A DNA stretch of 63,163 bases, counting the filler, from Vannella sp. (taxonomy: Eukaryota): assembly GCA_023345925.1 (NCBI GenBank). It is 4 parts of 4 records of this genome, joined end to end, with 100 filler letters (N's around TTAATTAATTAA, not from the genome) between each part and the next. Parts side by side here need not be neighbours in the genome. Positions count along the whole stretch, not along the records: positions 18,100 to 40,989 come from JAJQQN010000996.1; positions 41,090 to 54,265 come from JAJQQN010000211.1; 2 more parts are not named here. One strand, 5' to 3'. This document shows positions 35,670-46,233 of the stretch, piece by piece. The notes under the pieces were generated by a model. It did no database searches, had not been told where the DNA came from, and saw only the letters and a list, made by a program, of their open reading frames with translations. How positions within the stretch are numbered: position 1 is the first letter of the stretch; each line of letters starts with the position of its first letter. The translations under genes and the position numbers were made by a program.

Positions 35670-38291
35670 ATGGAGGAGTTTCTCTTTGCTGGAAGGATGC
35701 ACGAGGCGCTCTTCCTGCTCCGTCATATCACTGACTTGCAAGATCTGGTTGAATCACAACCGCCAGCTCCCCAACGGCGGCCCGCAACTTCAACTTTGCT
35801 TTCTTCTCGGGCTGAAGCGCCCGGGAAGAGCAAGAAGGGGATCCTAGACAAGTTTCTGACGAAAGGGAAGACATCCAAGTCGTTGTTACAGCCAAGCGGA
35901 GCCCCTTCTCTCTTTAAGGGAGAGCGCCGAACGGAAGAACCGCCTACATCGAGTAGCTCACGCCAGGTATCCAGCAGGAAGGCCAAAACACAAGCACAAC
36001 ACAAGATACAAAGCGGTTCTCGCTCCTATCGCGTTGCGTTGCACTCTTTCATTCCAGATGACAATCACGAGGCTGACGAACCTTCCCCCGTCTTGTTTGA
36101 TGATCCTCCACTCTCGAAGAGGAGCCGTGAGGAGCATGATGATCTCCCTCCTTTGAAGAAGCCAAAGACCTCCAAAGTGCAAAGATCCTTGTTCAGCCGC
36201 TCTCTGTCGCAGCCTGAGCCTGTTGCAAACGACACCCCCACAACAGTAGGATCAGGCATCATCAGGAACAGCCTCCACTTCGCCAACACGGACACGATTC
36301 TTGGTCGCTGTATCCGACGGAGAGCTCGTCCTACTGGAAGGGCTCTTGAAGAGGAAGAGTTGTCTTACGTACATAAGAACACCACTCTCTTGAACCCCAG
36401 AACCCAGCAGGAGTCGCCACAGCGCGTACGGACACTCCAAGAGATCAGTATGATCCAACGATTGATGCAAGAGTTGGACCTGACCCTCCGCCTGGCCTCT
36501 CACACCTACCCTTCCAAAGGACCATTCCCCATCAAACGAGGGATGGTCACCATTCCCGGTCACGCAGGCGATCGAAGACCTTTCCTCTCAATCGCGGGAT
36601 TGGAGGAGCTGAAGCGTCACCAAGTGATTCCTCACTTGCGCGAGGGAGATCTCATCCACGTTCCATTCACACCTGAAGAGCAGTTACTGACCATCCGTTA
36701 CCTGGGAAAGAGCTTCGATAAGAAGCTCAAACGAGTGACATTGGTCGAGCTGGAGGATCTCAAAGGGGCGCGCAAGCGCATGCAAGATCTCTTTCCTTCC
36801 CTCCCTGGTCGCTCTTTGGATGACTGCGTACGCTGGTTACAGTCGTTTATCAACCAGAAGTTCTACGAACAGAACGGAATGCCTCCGGATCTCGTCCATT
36901 TGTTCAAAGCGCAGGACAAAGTCCACCGGTACGCCCCCCCAACCACTTTGCTAGCTTCCTCTCGTTGCTTCGTGGGAGGGAAACAGAAGACTGCTCAGTT
37001 GCTTCAACTGAGAGAGACAGGACTCCTCAGACGTCCGCACCAGGAACTCTTCCACTCCAGCCGGCACCGCGACTTTGCACTCCACGCGTCCATTGCTGCG
37101 TCCGCTTCAGAAGTGGTCGATGTTAGACTTCATCCGAATGCTCGACAAGTGGTTATTGCCAGTGTCAAGAGCCCTAATGAGCTAGTTCTCTCCAATCTCC
37201 TGACTGGGAAATCAAGATATCTGGAAGGGCATGGGAATACGGTCTCTCGTGTGCTCTACTCTGCTACAGGAGACACTCTAGTTAGTGCTGGTTATGACAA
37301 AACGGTGCGCCTGTGGAACACAGAGAACTTTAGTGCCATTCACACCTTCAAGTACGAGAAAATCGTCCATACAGAGGAGGACGGGGGCCACGAGGAGATT
37401 CGGCCAGGTCATCAGGATGAAATCATTTCAATGACACGAGGGAAGCACGGGCGGGAGCATCTGGTGGTCACTGGTGACAACAAGCGCGGTCTCTTTTTGT
37501 GGAACATTGAGACTCCCTCCTTTGTTGCTGACCTATCCTTCCTTCCTACCATGGATGCCAGCACTTGGCCAGGGTACGTTGCGCTCCCAGTCGCTGATCC
37601 AATAACCCTCTAATGACGAGTCAGGCCTGTCATGGAAATGGAGTTTGTGGGCGGGCGGTATCCAGATCTCCTTGTGGCTGGGACAGACGATACGGGGCTG
37701 CCCAAGGGCAAAGGGGTGGTTCAAGTATGGTGCTTGGAAACCAGAGAAATCATCCACACGTTCCAAGAGTGCGTTGGGCATGTCTCTTGTCTTAGTGTCA
37801 ATGGGGATGGCAATGTCCTCCTTTATGGCTCAGCAGACCGAATGTGTCGATTAGCAGACCTTCGAACGAATAGCCACGTGAGCCAGTTCAAGACCTTCTT
37901 AGAAGGTGACTTGGATATCAATGTGGTGTCCTTCAGTCCGTGTGAGCGTTATATTACCAGTTCTGGAGAAGACAATCAGACGTTAGTGTTTGACCGACGA
38001 ACAAACTCTCTCCTTCATCTCCTCAGTCACACTCGGCCTGCAGCCCACTTGGCACCTCAGGGAGTCACTTCGGTCAAGTGGGTTCCCAATTCCAGTGTTC
38101 TGATCAGCGGTGGAGAGGACGGAGTGAATCTATGGGATATCAACAGCGGCTCCCCTCTCATGGCAAGCCATCGATCCCACTCGGCCCCAGTCAGTTGCCT
38201 GGACTACTCAGACAACATCTTCGTGTCCGGAGGCGACGACCAAGTCGTCAATATCTACTCCACCGCTCCCAAAAGCTTCTCCTTATACTAA
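35670..38291 (+). CDS. WD40-repeat protein, DCAF-like (candidate Raf1/Dos1/DIM-9 family)
   Basis: Disordered basic N-terminus, Myb-like segment (HVPFTPEE...LPGRSLDDC), H-box-like LLQLRETG, WD40 repeats (LEGHGNTV..SAGYDKTVRLWN; ADLR; FDRR; SGGEDGVNLWD). One intron ~37574-37624. Confidence 0.85.
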
Positions 38292-38326
38292 ACGCAGCGC
38301 GCTCTTTCACATCAACCCAGTTTTGT

Positions 38327-39384
38327 TCACTTTTTGGCGGCAAAGAAGCCTTTGAGACTTCCCATTCCTGCTCGATTGAGTTTGGCTGATTTTGTGATTG
38401 TCCCTGGCTGTGGGCCGCTTTGAGTTGACAGAGAGAGTGGTAGGTGTCTTGCTTTACCTTTGGTTTAGCGCCGAAGCAGTACTTGCTCGCCTCAGCATCC
38501 AGGGCGGGTCTCCGTTGGGAGTATTGCAGAGCGTCTGCCATTGTTGTGTAGGAAGTGGCTTCTTCAGAGGATTCCTCGGAAAGTCTGTACACCACGATCA
38601 GTAAGCATCCGTTCAGCTGGGCAGAGGAGCTTGTTTCACTCGCCCTTCAGCGTCTTTCAGCTTCTTAGTCCATTCGGGGGCGAGATATTCGGATAGGAAG
38701 GCCAATGCACTCAGCTTCCTCTTTCTTTCGCGTTCCTCAGGCTTAGGAACTATGACAAATGAGCTTAGTCCCGTAGACTCCTCGTAGTCGAGCTCGTTTA
38801 GCCGTGAAAGGATCATTTGGTACTTGGTTCTCAGCCATTCTAGGGCTTTTACCTGATTGAACTTGAAGTACTTGTGATCCAATACCTCCTGGACATCACA
38901 AAGGGGAGTGAGATCAAGAGTATCCGCTCCTTCTCGGAGTAGCTCGTAGTCTTTGAGTGACTCTTCGGTTATGATATCCTGGAGGTTGCGGTACTTGCTG
39001 TCGCAGTGCCTTTCTATCAGATGAATGAAGAGGAAGAGGGGATCTATGTCTGTCATGACGAAGAGGCTCCCATCTTTGGGAAGTTAGCGTGAGAAGATTC
39101 CTTTTTCGACGTACCCTCTACCACGCTCTGATCCAGGAGCCAACTGCAGTAACTTCCATTTGCACGCATTTGTTGGATCTCTAGAACACGAAGAGGGCCA
39201 GCAGTACTGATCCCATATCGAGCAGTTCCTTTCACCCATCGTCAGAAGATGATTTCAGCCCATTCTCAGTCCCCTCACCCTCCAACGGGTGCCACAGAGT
39301 GCACACCACTACATTGCCTAGCTCCAAATCCTTAGGCACCACAAAGACCTTCTGCTGAGGAGGTTTCTCAGCGAAGCAGTCCAT
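38327..39384 (-). CDS. RNASEH2B: Ribonuclease H2 subunit B
   Basis: Spliced SWLLDQSVVEDGSLFVMTDIDPLFLFI, FLSEYL and a C-terminal PIP box MGSLKGFF. Four introns, one of them GC-AG. Confidence 0.88.
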
Positions 39385-39391
39385 CAAAATG

Positions 39392-39403
39392 TTCCCGCCA
39401 AAA
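39392..39403. promoter_or_regulatory. E2F-type site TTCCCGCCAAAA upstream of RNASEH2B
   Basis: Same 12-mer core as at SMC3, 7 nt upstream of the ATG. Confidence 0.55.
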
Positions 39404-39496
39404 CCAACCTGCAACTTTGCAAATCCTCTTGAATCAATACAAATCGGCTTTATTTTATGCAATTCTAATCATTTGGAGATGGCCCTTTCCAGAGCG

Positions 39497-40400
39497 ATGC
39501 TGGGAGCGAGCTGGCGGATGGGCTTCTTTCAAGTTCGCGTAGGTGGACCCCTTGGAAGGCTCATTTGATTGCTGAAACAATGGATTTAGCCTGTTGCTTG
39601 TACATGGAGGCTCCCTGTGAGAGCTATGGAGACGGAGACGGAGACGCAGGCGCAGGCGCAGGCGCAGGTTCCAAAGGCGATCACCGACGCTGAGTTGGAG
39701 GCAGTAGCGCCCCCCAACTGGAGGGCCTCGAAGCTGTGGTGCCGCCCCATCTCACTTACCAAGAAGGATGCGCTCCGCGTGCTCTTCCTAGAAAATACGC
39801 CTTCGGGACAAAGCGGTCAAATCCTCTGGATCAACAAAGGCTTGGCCCGGAACTTCTACTTCCCACGCAAAGAAGCTATCTTCGCTACAGCTTCTAACGT
39901 TGCCAAACACGCTACCTTAATCGAGGTAGGCAAGCTCCCCTTCTTCGATGGTGCTCGGCTGAAAGGCTGGCTTTGCTAGAGTGTGGACCAAGAAGAGATT
40001 GAGCGATTGAAACGTCTCAAGCAGTACAAGAAGCGTATTGGCCGTCTCATGGTAGTGATCAAACGACACGAGAAACCAGATGGGACTCCCCATGGTGAGT
40101 GGCGCCTGTTAGAGTCAATCCATTGGCTAAAGTGCGGTGGGATTAGCTCCATGCACGGCAGAAACGATCGTCACGTACTTGTGGAGGAACTACAGCATCG
40201 AATTGGATCAGTCTCAGATCCATTTGGAAGTCCCCATCAGCAAGTGGGGCGAGTACTTGGTCCCCATTGACTTGGGTCTCGGAGAGGTCCTCAAACTCGA
40301 CTTGGTGTTCCAATCCTTCAAAACCAAAACGAAAAAGGACAAGTCCAAGTCCAAATCCAAACCCAAAGCTAAAGCTCCAGCCAAAGGCAAGAAGGAATAG
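39497..40400 (+). CDS. MRPL9: Mitochondrial ribosomal protein bL9m
   Basis: L9 N-domain (LRVLFLE..GQSGQILWINKGLARNFYFP..AIFATASN) and C-domain (IELDQSQI...PISKWGEYLVPI). Presequence-like start. Three introns. Confidence 0.8.
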
Positions 40401-40409
40401 TGTTCTCCG

Positions 40410-40428
40410 CCCTAAACCCTAAACCCTA
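40410..40428 (+). repeat. Short telomere-like repeat (CCCTAAA)2CCCTA
   Basis: CCCTAAACCCTAAACCCTA 9 nt after the L9 stop codon. Confidence 0.6.
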
Positions 40429-40533
40429 CTTCCCCGCCCATGAGTTGAATTGATCGTCGGGCAAATAAACAGGTTATTACCGTATTTACCCGATTCGGGA
40501 ATTCCTCTTCATTTATTACTGCCATCCCATTGA

Positions 40534-40884
40534 ATGAGCTCGGTCGTGCAATTCGTGAAGAAGCATCCTTATTTGACTGTTGCTAGCACTGTGTTGGTGG
40601 TGGGTGGCCTCTACTACTATGCTGATAAGACGGGTGAGTTTGAGCGGGCCCAATCGCCTTGGGAGGAGGGCACTAACGGGAAAGGGCCCTCAGAGAAGGA
40701 ACGACAGGAGAAACTCCACCAAGAACGTATTGCAAAGAACAGAGCAGAAAGCCTTAGACGTGAAGAGCTTCGCCGCAAGCAGGCCCAAGAAGAAGCTGAG
40801 CGCAAGCTCGAAGCTTCCCGCCAAGAGGAGGAACTTGCTTCTCTTTCCTCTGTCACTGAGCCCACAACCCCTCACGTGGAATGA
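40534..40884 (+). CDS. Small N-terminally anchored coiled-coil protein (116 aa)
   Basis: ATG-initiated ORF with one TM segment (YLTVASTVLVVGGLYYYA) followed by an E/R/K-rich coiled coil. Confidence 0.65.
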   Translation: MSSVVQFVKKHPYLTVASTVLVVGGLYYYADKTGEFERAQSPWEEGTNGKGPSEKERQEKLHQERIAKNRAESLRREELRRKQAQEEAERKLEASRQEEELASLSSVTEPTTPHVE

Positions 40885-40989
40885 GCCTGAATGCCAACTA
40901 TCAACACAACACTAACTCAATCAAGAGACCCAACCGAACAAGCCAAGCCCACCGATACATTATTACACAATTATTCTCTCGACCCCTCC

Positions 40990-41089
40990 NNNNNNNNNNN
41001 NNNNNNNNNNNNNNNNNNNNNNNNNNNNNNNNNTTAATTAATTAANNNNNNNNNNNNNNNNNNNNNNNNNNNNNNNNNNNNNNNNNNNN
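40990..41089. other. Assembly gap with artificial TTAATTAATTAA linker
   Basis: N-run with the linker at 41034-41045. Confidence 0.97.
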
Positions 41090-41114
41090 CTGACCAGTTT
41101 CCTCTTTGCTTCAG

Positions 41115-44100
41115 GTCATTGTATCAAAACCAAATCACGGGGACTCTTCCTCAATGGGCCAATCTTACCGAAATCATTTATTTGTGAGTTTTCATGTCAT
41201 GAGAGCTTCAGTTACTGAGTCATCATGAAGATATTTGAACAGCAACAATATCACCGGAACTATTCCTGAATGGGAACCCCTTTCGCTCGCCAAAATCATG
41301 TAGTTCCTCTGCTTGACTGGTTGATAGTCGACTACTCACAAATTGGGTGGGACTCAGAAGGTTGCAAGATAACCAGATCACCGGAAGCCTTCCAGTTTGG
41401 GAAAAGCTCCAGGCTCTTACCAATGCAAACCTCGGTGGAACAAACCAGCTATGTGGGGAACTGCCAAATCCACGATTGAATAGCGCAAGCCTAGATCTCT
41501 CGAACCAAATTTTCGATTGTACACTGCCGCTTCCTTTTGGCTACGGCGGAAGCGGTGCAATATGTAAGTCCATACTTGGAATCTGCCCAACAACTTCGCC
41601 ATCGCCGACCCCTTCACTAACCAGGACCAACACCCCAAGTACCTCCGTGTCTCCAAGTAACTCTTTGAGTACTTCAATATCTAGCTCACCTTCTCCTTCG
41701 AGTTCTGGAAGTGTTAGTGAGACAAATTCTCCTTCTTCCTCTATCACTATGACTCCCAGTGACAGCCTGACACCTTCTGCAACACTTTCCTCAAGTCCTA
41801 GTGAGACCTCCACCCCGTCCTCCAGTTACTCAAGCAGTTCAAGTGAGACGGCGTCGGCGTCTGGTTCTCCTACTCCTTCCACTTCCTCTTCTGGTACCTG
41901 TAGTTCTACTTCATCATCCACCCCATCAAAGACCGCATCCCAAAGTAGCACAGCTACCCCAAGTGATTCGACAACCCCCTCACTTTCGCCCTCTTTATCT
42001 TCGTCTGAAAGTGGCACAGAAACTGTCTCTCCGTCGATGTCAGGCTCTTCATCTTCAAGTGGTACGATGACGCCAAGTGATACGAGCAGTCCTTCTCCCT
42101 CTTCATCTTCTTCTGGAAGTGGAACAGAAACTGGCTCTCCGTCAATGTCCACCTCTTCATCCTCATCTCCAAGTATCACAACAACTCCGAGTGACACAAC
42201 CAGTCCTTCTCCATCTCCCTCTCCATCCCCTTCTGGAAGTGAAACAGAAACTGGTTCTCCGTCGATGTCAGGCTCTCCATCTTCGAGTGGTACGATGACG
42301 CCAAGTGATACAATGACGCCAAGTGGTACGAGCAGTCCTTCGCTCTCTTCGTCTTCTTCTGAAAGTAGGACGGAAACTGGCTCTCCATCAATGTCGAGCT
42401 CCCCATCTTCATCTCCAAGTGGTACCACAACACCAAGTGATACGTCTTCGCCCTCTCCATCTCCTTCTGGAAGCGAAACAGAAACTGGCTCTCCATCGAT
42501 GTCAGGCTCTCCATCCTCAAGTGGTACGATGACGCCAAGTGATACGAGCAGTCCTTCGCTCTCTTCGTCTTCTTCTGGAAGTGGAACAGAAACTAGCTCT
42601 CCGTCAATGTCGGCATCTTCATCCTCATCTCCAAGTATCACAACAACTCCGAGTGACACAACCAGTCCTTCTCCATCTCCATCCTCTTCTGGAAGTGAAA
42701 CAGAAACTGGTTCTCCTTCAATGTCGGCCTCTCCATCTTCATCTCCAAGTATCACAACAACTCCGAGTGACACAACGAGTCCTTCTCTATCGCCCTCTCC
42801 ATCCTCTTCTGGAAGTGAGACAGAAACTGGCTCTCCGTCGATGTCAGGCTCTCCATCCTCAAGTGGTACGATGACGCCAAGTGATACGAGCAGCCCTTCG
42901 CTCTCTTCATCTTCTTCTGGAAGTAGGACGGAAACTGGCTCTCCATCAATGTCGGCTTCACCATCTTCATCAATAAGTGGTACCACAACCCCAAGTGATA
43001 CGTCTTCGCCCTCTCCATCCCCTTCTGGAAGCGAGACAGAAACTGGCTCTCCGTCAATGCCAGGCTCTCCATCTTCGAGTGGTACAATGACCCCGAGTGA
43101 TACGAGCAGTCCTTCGCTCTCTTCGTCTTCTTCTGGAAGTGAAACAGAAACTGGCTCTCCATCAATGTCGGCCTCTTCATCCTCACCTCCAAGTGGTACC
43201 GCAACTCCAAGTGACACGAGTAGCCTTTCGATCTCCCCGCCTCCTTCCGAGAGTGGGACAGAAACTGGCTCTCCAACGGTGTTGGGCTCTTCATCTTCAA
43301 GTGAGACTGCCAGTCATTCTTCCTCGCCCTCTCTATCACCTTCTGGGGCAAAAACTGCCCCTCAATCGTTATCGGGCTCTTCTCTCTCACCTCCGAGTGG
43401 CATAGCAACTCCGAGTGATGCGAACAGCACTTCTTTGCTCTCTCCGTCTTCTCCTGCCGTCGGCACCGTCACTTTGAGTCAAACCGCCACACCTTTCCTT
43501 TCCACGTCCCTTTCTGTTTCCACTTCAACAAGCTACAACGTAAGCGCCAGCGAAACGCCAACCTTTATCTTGACTCCTTTCGAATCGCCAATCAGCTCCC
43601 AGTCCTTCAGCGCAAGTGGGACCGCTTTACCCCTGCAATCGCTGCTCCTTTTCTCAGTCTCTGTTCAAAGCAATTTTGGCTCAAGTATTCCCACTTCAAT
43701 CCCTCCCAACAGTGGCCAGTCTTCTCTTGGCCCTGAGGAAACGGTCAGATTCACTATTTTAACTTCCGCAAGTCAATTGGTCCTTTCTACCCCAAGTTCT
43801 TCACTGGTCCAAGATAGTTTGGGCCTTCTGCCTCTTTTCTCGCCCCGATTATAGTGAATATTACCGATCTCGCTGGTGGACTGATAGAGCTACCAAAATC
43901 TCCATCTGGGCAGGTGCTGGGCAGTCTTTACGTTCCCGCGAGGTTAAGTGACCAACTCAATACGTCTCTTGTTATTTCTTTCGTTGATTTTAGTGACTTA
44001 TCGAGCAATCAAGAGCTAGCAAGTTCTGTTTTGAACATAACTTTATTCGATGACCATGGTAACTCTCTAACCCAGCTGACGACCCCTTTGACAATTTGTC

Positions 44101-44462
44101 TGGCTTTGCAAAATGGCACTAAGAAGAGCGAGAAAGCTTGCCTTAGCTTTTACGATGAAAGGGCTCGCAAGTGGAAATGTGAAGACAAGTGCCTCGTAAC
44201 CACTGAGAACAGGAGCCTTTATTGTGGCAAAACCAGTCATCTGACTAACTTCGCTTTGCTGTTGAATGGGAACAGTGATGCAGATCCTTGCCAACCTGGG
44301 AAAGCAAATTCAAACACTCTTTCATGGGTCTCCCTCGGCCTGGTGGCTGGAGCCATTGTTGCTTTACTATTTGCTATTTTATTAATTGAACTACGAATTC
44401 GGAGGAATTCTCGGCAAATGGATATCTTTCTTAATAGAGTGCTGTCGAAGCCAACAGTATAA
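41115..44462 (+). CDS. LRR + Ser/Thr/Pro mucin stalk + GPS/GAIN + single TM surface receptor (5' truncated by gap)
   Basis: LRRs of LxxNxITGxLP type on 69-nt exons; ~600-aa S/T/P stalk; GPS motif CLSFYD...WKCEDKCL..CGKTSHLTNFALLL; one TM helix. An intron ending at 43817 joins the two long ORFs. Confidence 0.88.
42010..43290 (+). repeat. Coding tandem repeat, 12 units of ~36-40 codons anchored on TETGSPSMS
   Basis: The anchor ACAGAAACTGGCTCTCC(G/A)TC(A/G)ATG and its variants recur about every 110-120 nt. Confidence 0.92.
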
Positions 44463-44801
44463 ATGACCGTTCACTACAATCACAAGCTCGGTGGGGCACT
44501 TCCCCCTTTTAGCGGACATTTCACCGTCTCACTGCTTCTCCATGAGTTGCTTTCTTGGTTTAAATCATGAAATTCAGGAATCCCTTTGGGAAGCAACTCT
44601 CTTGAACCTCAAGCCCCTAAACCTGATTCACAAACGCACCTAGCCCAAGAAGTGTCCCTCTTGCATATGAACCCTTTCTGAAGACATATGGGATTCTTGA
44701 CAAGCTGTCAAAGGTTTACCAAAAGATATCTGTGTTGGTGTGTTCTGGATATTCCTGCACTGACTGGGGTAGTTGTGACGAAGCACTGATTATCACACTA
44801 T

Positions 44802-46080
44802 TTAAGCTTGCTCCCGCTCTTTCTCCTTTCCTCCTTCTTCTTCTTCTCCTTCTTCTTGGAGAGAAACAATCGATTGGCTCAGTTTGTAATCCTCGTAAGT
44901 GAACCAAAGAAATCCCACCACCACAATGGCAGCTCCTCCAACCCGGAGGAGGACGGCCCAAGAAGTCTCTGGGAGCCCTTCCAGAATGGTGTTGACAAGG
45001 AAACTGGCTGGCACACCACAGATGATGACTACTCTCATAAAGAGGGGAGAAGTAAGAATGATTCCATAGTTCAGAGCGTAGTTGAATACCAACGCCAGAC
45101 ATGCTGAAGAGCAACTCATCACAATAATCACTCCTTGGAAACCGTTGTACTCTTCAACCCCTGCTACACTCAGTATCACCAGTCCAGGCCAAAAGAAGAG
45201 AACATTGCAAAGGCCAATCGTCCCCAAAAACGCGTTCACAGCTGACAGAGAGACCGGAAGGTCCTGAAGGAGTTTCTTGTAGGTTACCATGTATGTGGCC
45301 GCTGCCGCTGCTGAAGTTAAGACGAGGCAGTCCCCAAGAACCGCTCTCGAGTTTCCGTCCACAGAAGACAGTAACTGGTCTCCCACTGCCACTAATATCA
45401 CTCCCAGAATACACACAGACACTGCCAGTGCCTTGGACAGGACAAACTGCTCTCCTAGGACCATCACTGACATGATGAAGACAAAGACTGTGGTGGCTTG
45501 CTCAAGACTGAGTGAAGAAGCGATGTTCGTCATCGACAGTGCCACTGCCTTCCCCTCGGGTCAATCGCAGTCTCCTTGGGAAGATAAGGACATACAAAGA
45601 AGTAGTTGGCAGTCACCCAAAGTACAGTAAGTGGCAGACAGCAGAGGAACATGTTCCAAAGTGTCCTTTGGGTCGCTTCTTCCATGCTACGCAAGAAGCC
45701 CTTCAACAGCCCTGTACATTGGATTAAGCAAGCGTGTCAACATAGACACTCTCTCTAACCTTCTTGGTAGAGAGAGAGAGGCGTGTGGATGACAAAGTCC
45801 ACTTGAGAGAAGGTCGTTGAAGAGGATCGGTATCGAGAGCGGTCCCCCAAGTACAAAGCTAGCTGCATCATGTAGCAAACCAGCAAGAAGCTTGTTCCAA
45901 AGTAGTTCTAATGCGGTGAGGAGAGAGGGAGAACTGCGAGTCACTCACGAGGAAGTAGGGCTGGTTGAAGCCCCTCGTAGTCTCAATGCTTTGCGTTAAC
46001 GTAGCTGCTGCTAGCTGACAAACGATAACAGAGAGGCACACAACAACTACCTTTGCGGAAGCCCAGACCTTCCTCGTCAT
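44802..46080 (-). CDS. DMT/EamA-superfamily transporter, SLC35F3/F4/F5-like
   Basis: About 10 TM segments; spliced FNQPYFL, WVTANYFF, LGDCLVLTSA, FNYALNYGIILTSPLF. Three introns. Confidence 0.82.
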
Positions 46081-46233
46081 CGAGAGCCGAGTACGATGGT
46101 TTGGCCCTTTTCGCGCGAATAACTCTTTCCATCATGCGAACTCCGACTTCCAAATGGTTTCCATCTATGTTGAGCCCAAACTGTTCGCTCTTCTGCCTCT
46201 GCAGTGCAAAGCGGGGTGTAAGTAACAAGAAGT

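Noticed and set aside
39626..39668. (GGAGAC)n and (GCAGGC)n microsatellites
   Set aside because: They encode the ETETET/QAQAQA low-complexity linker of bL9m.
41826..43217. 463-aa acidic antisense ORF
   Set aside because: Mirror of the Ser/Pro/Thr repeat on the plus strand, with no independent features.
43852..43856. Overlapping TAG/GTG resembling prokaryotic translational coupling
   Set aside because: An intron ending at 43817 joins the two ORFs into one protein.
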